Shown one piece after another: positions 37,985-52,009 of a stretch of DNA of 64,000 nucleotides. Under the pieces are notes generated by a model. That model did not search any database, was not told the origin of the DNA, and worked only from the letters and a program-made list of their open reading frames with translations. Origin of the DNA: Eledone cirrhosa (Eukaryota); contig OZ024743.1 in assembly GCA_964016885.1 (NCBI GenBank), positions 373,178,001 through 373,242,000 on the forward strand. The letters are read 5' to 3'. The stretch's first letter is position 1. Every line of letters begins with the position of its first letter. Made by a program: the position numbers and the translations under genes.

Positions 37985-40438
37985 TCATCATCATCATCAT
38001 CATCAACGTTTAACGTCCGTGTTCCACGCTTGCATGGGTTTGGACGGGGGTAGTCCCACTTGAGGCAAGAGTGATTGTCTTGCTCGCATAGGACTGTCTG
38101 GCAGGTTTTCTACAGTTGGATGCCCTTCCTAACACCAACCACATTTACAGTGTGGGTCTGGGAGGTTTTTACCGTGTTGCCTACACGGCCACATTACAGC
38201 GTGGACTGTGTGTTTTTTTGTCGTGACACCTACACGATCTCATTTGTTTCGGCCTCGATGGCGCGGCACCAACATAACTTTACATAGAACGGGGTGGTGT
38301 GGATCGGGTGGGGGTGGTGGTGGTGGGACGGGGTGTATTTTGTTAGAGATGCCTACTGGCTGGAGTAGGTTTTACTATATATTTAGGTAAGGCGGGTCTT
38401 CTCTGTTACTGAGTACCGCCAAAGGTCTCGGTCCAGTGACATTGTCTTGGAGAGGTGTAAGTGTGTGATGTCGGAGTTTATCAGCTCGTCCCAGGTTTTT
38501 CTAGGTCTGCCTATTCCGTGACTACCGTCTATCTTTATTGCCCTGCACTTTGTTATACAGCTATCGACTTTCATGCGCATCACGTGTCCATACCAACGTA
38601 GCCTTCTCTCGAGTAAACAACATCTGATCCCTCTTATCTCTAATTTTTTCCTTAGTTCGTTTATGCTTTGCCGTTCACGTATATTACTGTTACACATCCA
38701 GCGGAGCATGCAAGCTTCGTTCCTCTCTAGTCTGCGTATATCCTCTGCACACAATGCCCAGGTCTCACTGCCATGCAGCATTGCTGTTCGTATGCAGGCA
38801 TCGTACAACCTGCCTTTCATTTTTAGTGAGAATCCTTTAGCAGCTAATAGTGGTATAAGCTCTCTGAACTTTTTCCAACCAGTTCTGACTCTAGCTACAG
38901 TACTTTCAGAGCACCCTCCCCCACTGCTGATTTTATCGCCCAGGTAACGGAAGCTGTCCACTATTTCTATAGAACCCTCTGCGCAATTGAAAGAGCTAGT
39001 AGTTTGTGGGCACTTGCTGCTACTTATTGCACCAGAGCACCGGCCACATGTAAAATCTATGTTCTTAGTTAGCTTACCTGTGATCCTACTACATCTTTTA
39101 TGCACCCATACTTTGCATTTAGGACATAAAATGGAGTTTCTACCTACGCCTTTCCTACACACCGAGCACGACCATTTCCCAGAAGGGACCGCCGCCTTGT
39201 TTTCTTTCCTACAAACTAGTACTTTGGTCTTAGCCAGGTTAATTTTAAGTCCTTTTGACTCTAGGCCGTGCTTCCATGTTTGGAATTTCTTCTCTAGCTC
39301 GGCCATTGATTCCGCTATGAGTGTCAGGTCGTCTGCGTATAGGAGTTCCCATGGGCAGCCTGTCTTGAACTCCTCTGTTATAGCCTGAAGGGCAATAATA
39401 AATAGTAGTGGACTGAGAACAGAGCCCTGATGGACGCCAACTTTTACGCTAAACTCTTCACTATATTCGTTGTTAATTCTAACCTTGCTGACTGTTTCTT
39501 TATACATGGCTTGTATAGCCCTCACAAGCCATTCGTCAACGCCTAGTTTTCTAAGAGCCCACCAGATAATGGAGCGGGGGACTCTGTCGAAGGCTTTCTC
39601 CAAGTCGACAAAAGCTAAGTAGAGGGGTTTACCTTTAGCTAGGTACTTCTCCTGTAGTTGTCGTACTATGAAAAGAGCGTCTGTGGTACTTTTGCCTGAC
39701 ACAAACCCGAACTGCATTTCATCTAGGTCAATTCTCTCTCTGATTAGTTGCGCTATTACTTTTTCCGTGACCTTCATGACCTGGTCGATTAATTTAATGC
39801 CTCTATAGTTACTCCTATCTAGGGCGTCTCCTTTACCCTTATAACAGTTAACGATGATGCTGCTATGCCAGTCCTTCGGAACAACCCCATTCTGTACGAC
39901 TTGGTTAACTATGCGGGTGACCATGGTGTGTCCCACCGTGCCAGATGCCTTCAGCATCTCAGCAACTATTTCCGAAGGCCCAGCCGCCTTACCAGTCTTC
40001 ATATCCTTGATTGCCTTACTTATTATACTCCCCTCGACTAACACTGCTGGTCCCTCTATTGGGTCGATATGGGGGAGACTGCCTTTCTCCCAATTATTCT
40101 CCTCATTTAGTAGCCTTTCATAGTGACACTTCCAAGCTACCTTCTTATCAGCGTCGGTGATGGCAAGTGTACCATCGTCGTTTAGTACACACTTCTCCCC
40201 GACAATATCACGGTTTTCCTTGACGCATTGCCTAGCAATCCTGAACACCTCACGTTTTTGGTCATCGCGTTGTAGAACATGCTTGAACTTTCTTTCCTCA
40301 GCTTCCCTTCTTGCTAAGTACACTTGTCTCCTAGCTTCCCTCCTGGCCACTTGATAGTCCTCTCTACTTCCCCCATCCCGCCATACTTTCCAAGCCTGCT
40401 TTTTGGCCTTAATTGACCCCTCCACCTTACTGTTCCAC
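37981..40438 (-). mobile_element. RTE LINE, 5'-truncated, uninterrupted 680-aa RT reading frame
   Basis: ORF 38383-40425 with YADD; flanked by (TA)n. Confidence 0.95.
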
Positions 40439-40527
<89 letters not shown>

Positions 40528-40539
40528 GTATATATATAT

Positions 40540-40977
40540 AAGGTGATAAAAGCCGACCTTACCCAATTACACCTCTCAAAGACAATGACACACGGCCGTG
40601 ACTTCTGGCGTCACGCAGTAATACAGAGTACCCGACCTACCATGGGTACAAGCTGAAGCATATAGACAATATGCCCCCACACCCCCCACACCCCCCACCG
40701 CAAGGTGGTCGTGGAGGTGCCACGGCAAAAAAGCACCCAGCCCACACTGTAAAGTGGATGTGTAGGCGCCACGAAAAAGCACCCAGCACTCACTGTAAAT
40801 GAGGTTGGTGTTAGGAAGGGCATCCAGCTGTAGAAATCAAGCCAAATCAGTTCCTGTATGAGCATGGCATGGTCAGCCGACCAGACACTGCCCACAACAG
40901 GACAACCCGTCTAACCCATGCTAGCGTGGAAGAACGGACGTAAAACGGTGATGATGATGATGATGATGATGATGATA
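40540..40977 (+). mobile_element. RTE second-subfamily 3' end
   Basis: Reverse complement of about 20395-20810; (GAT)n tail. Confidence 0.9.
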
Positions 40978-41026
40978 TAAATATATGTTCAAAGTATTCT
41001 GGCTCTGGCCATCCAGTTTTATTTTA

Positions 41027-41281
41027 ATAATAATAATGAAATTATTGTGTACAGTGCTCAGATGCACTACACCTCACCAAAGGTGCATGTATAGTACATA
41101 GAATGATGTACAAATGTCAAGAAAGTGAACAGTGTATGAGTCATGATATACATGTGTGCATGTGTATGGAGGGAGGATATCAGGTGTAGTGTTGGCGAAT
41201 TTCAGGAAGCATGGAGGTTTTGAAGGATGCAGTGTCCCGGCAGCTAACAACTGATGCAGGTAGTTTGTTCCATGCTTCAGC
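41027..41281 (-). mobile_element. CR1-type LINE 3' end
   Basis: Minus strand reads AEAWNKLPASVVSCRDTASFK followed by a 3' UTR and (TAT)n. A shorter copy lies at about 36305-36397 (+). Confidence 0.7.
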
Positions 41282-42099
41282 ATAATATATCCAAGAACTA
41301 CATTATTTGAAGTGTCCTCTATTCTTAAGATGGTAATGTGTGGTTTAACCCTTTAGCATTTACATTACTCTATATATACTATTGGAATCTATAAGATTTT
41401 GATATTATTTATTTTGAGAACAATGCCTTAACATCAGTATGAGTGGCCAGTTACGGCCAGTTTGAACAGAAAGAGGTAAGAGATACAGCTGGGTTAACAG
41501 GGATTTGTTTGCTTTCTTTAACTTTTAACATCCCTTAACCCTTTAATGTTCAAACCGGCCAAAACCGGCCAGAATTCTCTACCTCTTTCTGTTGGCTGTA
41601 ACTGGTTGCTCAAACTGAGGTTAAGGTATTGTTCTCAAAATAAATACTTTCAAAATCCCATAGATTCGATATTATGTGAGATAATTATGTGAGCTAAAGC
41701 CTTTACCATGAAAATATAATAGTATATATAGAGTAATGTAAATGCTAAAGGGTTAATGATTTAGCAGAAAATGTTTAAAAGGTGGTTTGTTAATTCGAAT
41801 ATTTAAGATGGTGCCCCATCACGACCATAGTCTAATGAGTGAAAGAAGTAAAATAACACAAGACTGAATCCCTTCAAGATGGTGACCAAGCATGGCAACA
41901 GTCTAATCACTGAAACTAGTAAAAGAGTACTGGGGTCGATGTGATTGACTAAAATCCTTTAGAACGGTACCCCAGCATGACCAGAGTCAATCGAAGAAGG
42001 AAAGAATAAAAGAATGAAGCATAGCATTAATGTTTGAGATGTAATCTGTGAAATCATCAGACAGCACCAAAAGAGTCTTTAAAACCGCTTCCACAATGA

Positions 42100-42692
42100 G
42101 TTTAAATAAATAACATACAAGGGGTTGAGTATATATGTATATGTGTGACGTTCAAACGAGTATCTTCCACCTCCAACTAACTTACTCTCCGCCACTGGGT
42201 CCCAGCCGACAGGAATACATTGCTCCGGTGGATGGCAAGGGAGACATACTGGAACAGTTACTCCATCTTGCGGCATTTGATCCTGCAGGTAGCCAACTCT
42301 GTTCCAATAGCAGTAAGCAGAGATGTGGTCCAGGGGTCAAGAACATTGGAAGTCTCCACTGCTACATGCTCTACAACAAACATATCAGAGAACGGCCAAT
42401 ACTTGGGCAGTTTGCCCTCTTCGGCCTGGCAGGCAGCAGAGCCTGAACTGGTAGCTGAACCACCAGGTTGCCACTAGAGAAGGTGTCACAACATGTATCA
42501 TCTCAGATGAGGAACCTACCCCCGCAGAACAGGAGGATTGTCATACTGTCTGGTCTTTTGTTGTCTCCTCAGTCCAACCTCACTGGCTCGAGCTGGGATT
42601 GCCATCCAGGTCATGCTTTATGATCTCATTTAGAGCAGCATGGCATGGCCAGCACTGTAAGGGCATGGCAGTGAGCAGAGACTGAAAGGATC
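42100..42692 (-). mobile_element. CRE-like non-LTR retrotransposon fragment (restriction-like endonuclease domain), degenerate
   Basis: Manual translation across frameshifts: HAALNEIIK..SQLEPVRLD*GDNKRPDSMT..I*DDTCCDTF..GSAACQAEEGK..KY..VAVETS..LFQYVSLAIHRSN. Confidence 0.8.
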
Positions 42693-43139
42693 CAAGTAAT
42701 TATATAATTGTTTCTACTTTAGGCACAAAGCCAGCAAATACCCAGTGCATTACTGGTACTTTATTTTATCGACCCCGTAAGGATGAAAGGCAAAGTCAAC
42801 CTCGGCGGGATTTGAACTCAGATCATAAAGGGACGTAACTATGCTGGAAAGCATGGTGTCCGACCCTCTACTGATACTGCCAGACATGAATCATTAGAAC
42901 ATAGGATGGAATAATTTGTGGTGTTCATTCTGATTCTCTCTGCTCTCTGAGTTCAAATTCCAGCTAAGTCAATTTTGCCTTCCACACTTTCAAAGTCAAT
43001 AAAAGCATACCAGCACTGGGGTTGATCTTCTGTATCTCTTTCTCACATCATCTCTTTCACACACACTCTCTCTGACCTTCTCTGGAAGGAAGTGGATGTG
43101 TACAGACCTGGAGAGAGGATGGCTTCTGCCAGGTTTACA

Positions 43140-43450
43140 GTGTTCAAGACATGTCATATGTCACGACAGCACCACTAGGACTCCACCAGGAGTTACAGGT
43201 CCATTGATATATTTAAAGTGTCCAAGACATATCGTATCTCACGACAGCACCACTACGACTCCATCAGGAGTCACAGGTCCATACATACATGGCCTATTTA
43301 AAGTGTCCAAAGTATGTTGTATTTCATGACAGCACCACTACGACTCCACTAGAAGTTACAGGTCCATTGACACATTCAAAGTGTCCAAGACATATCGTAT
43401 CTCATGAGAGCACCACTACTACTCCAGCAAGAATTACAGGTCCATACATA
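43140..43450. repeat. Tandem repeat, about 70-bp unit
   Basis: aagtgtccaagacatatcgtatctcacgacagcaccactacgactcca..acaggtccat, about 4 copies. Confidence 0.75.
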
Positions 43451-43796
43451 CGTAGCATATTTTTCAACTATGCAAGCTTATCTTATTGACATCAGTTCAC
43501 AGTTGTGATATCTCTTGAAATCCAAATTAGTTTTGCATTAAAAAAAAACAACTTTTCTATTTTTATTTTATTTTTTCTTGCACTGAAAATTGAATTGATA
43601 ATGAATTTGATTTGAATTGAAAATGAATTGAGAAATTCAATTCATTTATACAAAATATGTAAACACACATATACACATATACATGCACCCATACATACAT
43701 GCACACACACACATGCACACTCTTACATGCACACACAAACACACATAGAGGTGCACACATAGATGCACACACAAATACATATCATCCTCCTCTTCC

Positions 43797-43833
<37 letters not shown>

Positions 43834-43944
43834 TTACATCAACTTTTCCTTGCTGACAGAGGTTTTGAGACAATGTTTTACAACCAGATGCCCATTCCCA
43901 AACCAATCCTTTTAGGTCAAAAGGTAAGTAAACCTAGCCAAAAC

Positions 43945-44490
43945 TAAAGTGCTAGTGAATAGGAAAGAATATAGGACCTTGATTCCCCCAGGGAAGTGGC
44001 CCTGCTCTATATATGTAGAAAAGGAGTAGGCATAAACACTATACAGTGTACACAATATAAATCCAGGGTACACAAGAGATGTAGTGGGATAACAGGTAGA
44101 CTAATAGGAAATGAAGATCCTGTTTGTAAAAGGTACACAGGGGTAATTGAGGGGAAGAGTGTCAGTGATATAAACCTTTTTCAATGAAAGATGCATAGAA
44201 GTGGCTGATAGCTCCTGCTATCTAGGTGACTTAATTAGCAGTGGAGGAGGGTGCACTGAGAGTATAATAGCTAGAATAACGATAGAATGGAAGAAGTTTA
44301 GAAAACTACTCCTCCTGTTGACAGCAAAAGGTTTCTCCCTACATACAAAAGGATGATTGTATGATGCCTGTGTGTGAAGTGCAATGCTGCATGATGGTGT
44401 AACATGGGCACTGACTGTAGAGGACATGAGTAGACATGAGAGAAATAAAGCTACCATGTTTCATTAGATGTGCAATGTAAATGTGAGAGA
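43945..44490 (+). mobile_element. Old RTE fragment
   Basis: CRKGVG..VHKRCSGITG and YLGDLISSGGG remnants with stops. Confidence 0.8.
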
Positions 44491-44924
44491 TGCTATGCTC
44501 AAAAAGATCCACCCAACTCATACGAGCATGGAAAAATGGCTGTAATAATTGTTTCTACTTTTAGCACAAGGCCAGTAATTACCCAGTACATTACTGGTAC
44601 TTTATTTTATCGACCCCGTAAGGATGAAAGGCAAAGTTAATCTTGGCGGGATTTGAACACAGAATGGCAAGGGCCGTAACTCTATGCGTCAAAGCATGGC
44701 ATCCGACCCTCTACCGATACTGCCAGTAATAATGATGAATATATATATATATATATATATATGTATATGTATACATATATATTGTATATGAAGGGATAAA
44801 ATTAATATAAAGAGTTGGTGTGTTCATGCATAGAGATGCTATAAAATAGAAATAGGGTAAAAATGGCAACTTCTTTTTTTATAAGCTATTTTATAGCATC
44901 TCCATGCATCAGTACTCCTCTCAT

Positions 44925-44955
<31 letters not shown>

Positions 44956-45144
44956 ATATATCATCATCATCACTGTTTAATGTGTATTTTCCACACTAGT
45001 GTGGGTTAGACAAGTTGTCCTGTTGTGAGACAAGTCATATCAGGTTACAGAATTGTTTCTGGTTTCTACACACACACACTCATATATATATGTGTTTATA
45101 TATATATATATATATGCATGTATTTATGTATGTATGTGGGCATA

Positions 45145-46069
45145 TCTCCTTATAATATATAACCAGCAATTTCTCTATCTGTCTGTCCGTCAGTGGAAAC
45201 ACGTGCGTAGAGAGAGAGTGAGAGTGAAAGAAGGAGACAGACTACGAGAGGGGGATAGCGGGAGGGAGAGAGGGAGAAAGAGAGAGTGAATAGCCGCTAA
45301 AACACGTGCTATAAAAACATTACCTTCCCCTCTCCACTGACTTTGGTCACTGAGGCCGAGGGAATCGCTGGTTGCTATAGAGACACCTTGCACAAGCCAG
45401 AAGTAACCAGTTTGAGGCGGTTCTGACTTGACACCATGCGAAGAAGGTTGCCATTGAATTTGTGGTTTGAAGAAGGTTGCCATTGAATTTGTGGTTGTTG
45501 CTGCTGATAATAAGGACCATTTGAAGAAGGTTGCTGCTGATGAGGTAATTTATTAATCAAATTACGCAGTTCCATAACCTACGTTTGATTTGTTCAATTT
45601 TTTTCTTCAATTTTTGTTGCTGTTTTTTTTTTATTTCTTATTGAAAAAATATAAATAATAAAATAAGGTTAGAAATTTAAATACAATTAAATACGATTTA
45701 ATTTCCATTTCCAGCAGCCAATGTCCAGTGTTCAATTTCATGAAAAAATTGGAAAAGTTTAACTTTTGAACATTTGTTTTGATAATAAAAAAATATTTCC
45801 TTATTCACACCTAATGGTATGATTAAAATTTCATAGGAATATTTTTTTCTAACCGCCAGTTATTTATTTACTTCTTTTTCGTTTTAACATATATTTATTT
45901 CAAAGATTTCACCGTATAGATAACATATATATTTATACATGCATAAAAGACACACCGAGAGACGGTGAACATGTGGTGCTGAAAACATTTCTCATCCAAA
46001 TCTCAACAATATCAGTATATACACTAGATTTGCTAGCAGAAAACCGCCCACCGGGTGGTTTTCTGCTAG
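45145..46069 (+). mobile_element. Non-autonomous Helitron 1
   Basis: A|TC start (tctccttataatatataa..tctgtctgtccgtc). 3' hairpin aaaaccgcccaccgggtggtttt followed by CTAG. Confidence 0.7.
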
Positions 46070-47004
46070 TCTCTCTATATATAAAACAGAAGATGTCTGT
46101 CTGTCTGTGTAAATCCCTAAAACTCGAGAAGTACCCGACCGCTTTTTTTCAAACTTTACACATGCGTTACTTATATTTCTTGAAATGCAATGAATGGGCT
46201 AAACAAATTTTAAATTTTTCTGCCCTAGGGCCCGCATTAGGCAAAAAAACCGCATTTATAGGCATTTGCAGCACACATTAGTTAGTTCCCTCGCATTGCT
46301 GTGGACAAAAAAAATTTCGATTCCATTAATGGTTTCTAGGAAATTTACGAATTAACATTGGGCATTATATGCCATTTTCATTTTCAATATAAACGCTACT
46401 GAAACATCGTAAGTAGTGTATAATATTTCGCTAAAAATTTGGTTTATTTAACAGAGGACACAACACTTACTTTTAAGCAGGACCATTTTCGGGGGATTGA
46501 GGAAACTTTTGTTGGCGCCCTGTTGACGCTTCATGCTTTCATCATGCGCAGATCCGGGCCCTGTGTACGTTGCCGTGTTATTGACACCGTAAAACTCATG
46601 TCTGTGCTACTTCTACTAAGACCCCTTTTGTTGCACCTACACTGCAGTATGAATGCCCTGCGCAAGCATGCCGAAAAGCGGTTGTGCTAATTCCGCGGTG
46701 ATCACTTTTATCGCACCTTTGTTGCTGTGTAAACACAGTGCAACCAGTGCCGCCAGCATTTGTGCTAATTGGACTATGACCCCCATCTGCTGCAGCTGCA
46801 TTGCCACGCTGATTTTATCATCTCAATATCACGACTTAAACGTACATCCCTACTTGGTTTTCACACAAATGACTACGTCACTCCTCAATCATTTCCCGAG
46901 AATAAGGGAATTCAAAAAGTACACCGCTACATTCCTCAATCTTTGCATATACGTGTTGTTATTTCTCGTTTCCTACCCCGTGCAACGCAGGGTCCTGCCG
47001 CTAG
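46070..47004 (+). mobile_element. Non-autonomous Helitron 2
   Basis: TCtctctatatataaaa..gtctgtctgtctgt start. 3' hairpin cccgtgcaacgcaggg followed by CTAG|T. Confidence 0.8.
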
Positions 47005-47131
47005 TACATTATAAAACTCTTTTTTTGAAAGAATTGTCCCTATCATTTTTTCAATAATGTCACTTTGACAAATCAAAGGAAAAAATAGAGAAACAGACCC
47101 TAAAATATATTTTCCGTGCTATTTCCAACTT

Positions 47132-47173
<42 letters not shown>

Positions 47174-47198
47174 TTCTCTCTCTCTCCCTCCCTCTCTC

Positions 47199-47231
<33 letters not shown>

Positions 47232-47295
47232 GTATTAGATGTATAATTAAATATGTATATGATGCAATACTGATTTTTTGTTCCCTTTCAATATT

Positions 47296-50200
47296 ATCAT
47301 CATCATCATCATCAACGTTTAACGTCCGTGTTCCACGCTTGCATGGGTTTGGATGGGGGTTTTCCCACTTGAGGCAAGAGTGATTGTCTTGCTCGCATAG
47401 GACTGTCTGGCGGGTTTTCTACAGCTGGATGCCCTTCCTAACACCAACCACATTTACAGTGTGGGGCTGGGAGGTTTTTACCGTGTTGCCTACACGGCCA
47501 CATTACAGCGTGGACTGTGTGTTTTTTTGTCGTGACACCTACACGATCTCATTTGTTTCGGCCTGGATGTTGTGGCACCAACATAACTTTACATTGAAAG
47601 GGGCGGTGTGGATGGGGTGGGGTGGTGGGACGGAGGGTGTGTTTTGTTAGAGATGCCTACTGACTGTAGTAGGTTTTACTTTGTATTTAGGTAAGGGGGG
47701 TCTTCTCTATTACTGAGTACCGCCAAAGGTCTCGGTCCAGTGACATTGTCTTGGAGAGGTGTAAGCGTGTGAGGTCGGAATTTATCAAGTCGTCCCAGGT
47801 TTTTCTGGGTTTGCCTACTCCGTGGCTACCGTCTATCTTTATTGTCCTGCACTTTGTTATACAGCTGTCGTCTTTCATGCGCATCACGTGACCATACCAA
47901 CGTAGCCTTCTCTCGAGTAAACAACATCTGATCCCTCTTATTTCTAATTTTTTCCTTAGTTCGTTTATGCTTAGCCGTTCACGTATATTACTATTACACT
48001 TCCAGTGGAGCATGCAAGCTTCGTTCCTCTCTAGTCTGCGTATATCCTCTGCACACAATGCCCAGGTCTCACTGCCATGCAGCATTGCTGTTTGTATGCA
48101 GGCATCATACAACCTGCCTTTCATTTTTAGTGAGAATCCTTTAGCAGCTAATAGTGGTATAAGCTCTCTGAACTTTTTCCATCCAGTTCTGACTCTAGCT
48201 ACTGTACTTTCAGAGCACCCTCCCCCACTGCTGATTTTGTCACCCAGGTAACGGAAGCTGTCCACTATTTCTATAGAACCCTCTGCGCAATTGAAGGGGC
48301 TAGTATTTTGTGGGCACTTGCTGCTACTTATTGCACCAGAGCACCGGCCACATGTAAATTTGGGACATAAAATGGAGTTTCTACCTACGCCTTTCCTACA
48401 CACTGAGCATGGCCATTTCCCGGAGGGGACCGGCGCCTTATTTTCTTTCCTACTAACTAGAACTTTAGTCTTAGCCAGGTTAATTGTAAGGCCTTTTGAT
48501 TCTAGGCCGTGCTTCCATGTTTGGAATTTCTTCTCTAGCTTGGTCATTGATTCAGCTATGAGCGTTAGATCATCTGCGTATAGGAGTTCCCATGGGCAGC
48601 CGGTCTTGAACTCCTCTGTTATAGCTTGAAGGGCAATAATAAATAGTAGGGGGCTAAGAACAGAGCCCTGATGGACACCAACTTTTACGCTAAACTCTTC
48701 ACTATATTCGTTGTTAATTCTAACCTTGCTGACTGTTTCTTTATACATGGCTTGTATAGCTCTCACAAGCCATTCGTCAACACCTAGTTTTCTAAGAGCC
48801 CACCAGATAATGGAACGGGGGACTCTGTCGAAGGCTTTCTCCAAGTCAACAAAAGCTAAGTATAGGGGTTTACTTTTAGCTAGGTACTTCTCCTGTAGTT
48901 GTCGTACAATGAAAAGAGCGTCTGTGGTACTTTTGCCTGACACAAACCCGAACTGCATTTCATCTAGATCAATTCTCTCTCTGATTAGTTGCGCTATTAC
49001 TTTTTCCGTGACCTTCATGACCTGGTCGATTAATTTAATGCCTCTATAGTTACACCTATCTAGGGCATCTCCTTTACTCTTGTAGCAGTTAATGATGATG
49101 CTGCTACGCCAGTCCTTCGGAACAACCCCATTCTGTATGACTTGGTTTACTATCCGGGTGACCATGGTGTGTCCTACCGTTCCAGAGGCTTTCAGCATCT
49201 CAGCAACTATTTCCGAAGGCCCAGCCGCCTTACCCGTCTTCATATCTTTGATTGCCTTACTTATTATACTACCTTCGACTAACACTGCTGGTCCCTCTAT
49301 TGGGTCTATGTGGGGGAGACTGTCTTTTTCCCATTTGTTCTCCTCATTTAGAAGCCTTTCGTAGTGACACTTCCAAGCTACCTTCTTATCAGCGTCAGTG
49401 ATGGCAAGTATGCCATCATCATTAAGTACACACTTCTCCCCGACAATATCACGGTTTTCCTTGACACATTGCCTAGCAATCCTGAACACCTCACGTTTTT
49501 GGTCCTCACGTTGTAGAAAATGCTTGAACTTTCTTTCCTCTGCTTCCCTTCTTGCAAAGTACACTTGTCTCCTAGCTTCCCTCCTGGCCACTTGATAGTC
49601 TTCTCTACTTCCCCCATCCCGCCATACTTTACAAGCCTGCTTTTTGGCCTTAATTGACTCCTCCACCTTACTGTTCCACCACCATGTTACTCTCCTCCTA
49701 CCTACAGGCCTGCTCCAGCCACAGACTTCGTCTGCCGCCGTCAGCAGGTTTGCTTTCAGGAATTCCCACTGTTCCTCTATATTATACGACTCTAATTGCT
49801 CTTCCTTACTGTCGAAAGCATCAAGTAATATGCTTAGAAATTTATTTCTGGCTATGGGGTCCTTTAGCTTCCATATTTTTCTCCTGAGGATAGTCCTCTT
49901 CTGCTGTCTACTATGTCTCGTCCTGACTATGAGGTCGCTAATTATCAGTCTATGTTGGGAGGTGCATTCTTCATGGGGGAGGGATTTAGTGTTAACAACA
50001 GACCCTCTGTCACGTTTTCTGGTAAGGATATAATCTACCTGGCTTGTGTGTTCCCCCGATCTATAGGTGATCAAGTGATTGTCTCGTTTTTTGAAGTTAG
50101 TGTTACAGATAGTTAGGTTATTTGCGTCACAGAATTCCAGGATTCTGGAGCCTTCCTCATTTCTAGTACCGAACCCATAGCCTCCATGGATTCCGTCATA

Positions 50201-51415
50201 GCCGTCACAATGTTGTCCAACGTGACCATTTAGGTCGCCTGCAATAATTATATAGTCACTGTCGGTTATTTGGGAGGTAGCGAGAATCAGTGTCTCATAG
50301 AATCTGTCTTTTATAGCACCGGGCAGTCCGGATTGGGGTGCGTACGCAGATATTACTGTCACCGTAGTTCTATTGAGGACAAGTCTTATTTTAATTATTC
50401 TGTCGTTCACTCTATTTACGTCTATTATCTTATCTGCCCACTTTTCTGCTACCATGATTCCTACTCCACCCAGCCCATTGTCATTTCCCACCCAGAAAAG
50501 CTTATAGCATCATTCTTTACCCACGATGAATCTAGCAGACCCTCCCCTCCACCTGGTCTCTTGAATACAACAAACATCGACCTCCTTACGTTCAAGCATT
50601 TCTACAACCTCGTTAGAGCGACCCTTTAAGGTGCCTACCTTCATGGTACCAACTCTGAAGTTTTGGATTGTGTTTGGAGGGCGGGAGCGGGGGGGGGGGT
50701 TATGTTAGCCCTCCGCGGCCGAAACAAGGAGGAGGAGTGCTTGCATTCTCGTCCACGAGGTGAATTTGTCTTTATCTTTGGCATTGTTGCTGAGCGTCCA
50801 GATTTTTCTCTCTTCAACTCTCCAGAATTTCGTAGTCCATCCATCATATCAAAAAGCAACCAGTTAAGCGATAGTATGGGCCTCTGACTTATGATTGGTC
50901 CACGTAATAATGGTGGTGCGTGGGGGCGAGAGAGAGGGATGTTGGGTAGTTAGCGAGAAGGTAAGGTTTAAAATAAGATCCCCGTATTTTGGGCATAATT
51001 TAACAATAAACGAAAATACAAGATTTGTTTTGTTTAGGAAAATACGATAGAGAAAATGCGATGATAGAAGAAATACGATTTTAGAGAAAAAATATGATAT
51101 ATGATATAGAATGGCGAATGAATGGATTAGAATGGAGAGAAGAATGGAGAAAATATTTGAACGTTACATTATACCGAGGAAACAGCCATACCAGAGTAGC
51201 GATTTGGCGATTTTGATTTTTTTCCGTATTTGGTAGGGTTTATCTTATATGTATAGAGAGGGGGGGGGGGGAGAACCAGCATGATGTATGGGTGGGGGGT
51301 AGAAGATAGGATGGAGCAGAGAGGTTAAGAGTTTAAATAAGCACTCGAAATTTTGCGTAAAATTTAGCAAGTTTAACAAAATATATTTAAAAGAATATAT
51401 AAGAGTGATTTGTTT
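47296..51415 (-). mobile_element. Near full-length RTE LINE (APE endonuclease + RT), probably inactive
   Basis: The ORF extends upstream of 50491 through one TGA (50510-50512) to FRVGTMKVGTLKGRS..CIQETRW. Contains GDLNGHVG, QVDYIL, SQHRL and YADD. Has a 21-codon deletion in the Cys finger and a (GAT)n tail. The 5' boundary is approximate. Confidence 0.93.
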
Positions 51416-51642
51416 TATATATATAATATATATATATGTATACATATATGTATGTACGTGTACATACTTATATTTAAGTAACAGCCGTACTAACAGTGGG
51501 AAATGAAATTTCGTTTCATTTTATCCGTTTATCGTTTTCGGTGCACCCAGCCGATTAACCCACTCGATATGCAAATTGGGCTACTCAGCCGTTAATGTGC
51601 ATAAGGTAAGTATATACGTTCAACAATCTGGCAGGAAGGTAT

Positions 51643-51685
51643 ACGTTGCTGACGATAGCTAATAAACTTGAAACTAGTGCAGCGT
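51643..51685 (+). ncRNA. Hammerhead ribozyme motif with non-cleavable UG site
   Basis: acgttg CTGACGA tagctaataaactt GAAA ctag TG cagcgt. 6-bp stem I, palindromic CTAG stem III, G at the cleavage position. Confidence 0.65.
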
Positions 51686-51943
51686 TCCTTTGTCAGTGTT
51701 GAACGAACGAGAAACGATGGCTGCTGGACACTACGGCTTAATACGGGATGTTTGTTTACAGACACACCGAGCATTATAATAAATGTTCGGTGAATCCATA
51801 CGTACATATATATATGTGTGCATGTATGTATATATATATACATACTACTGTACGTCTGTATACATATATGTATGTACGTGTACATACATATATTTAAGTA
51901 ACAGCCGTACTAAGAGTGGGAAATGAAATTTTGTTTCATTTTT

Positions 51944-52009
<66 letters not shown>

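Noticed and set aside
45538-45575. CTGATGA followed by a hairpin (possible hammerhead)
   Set aside because: No GAAA, stem III or stem I complement follows; it lies in a Helitron internal repeat.
48291-50629. Plus-strand ORFs overlapping RTE copies, and the recurrent MSCSHRT ORF
   Set aside because: Antisense shadows of the RTE ORF and 3' UTR; they recur only because the element is repeated.
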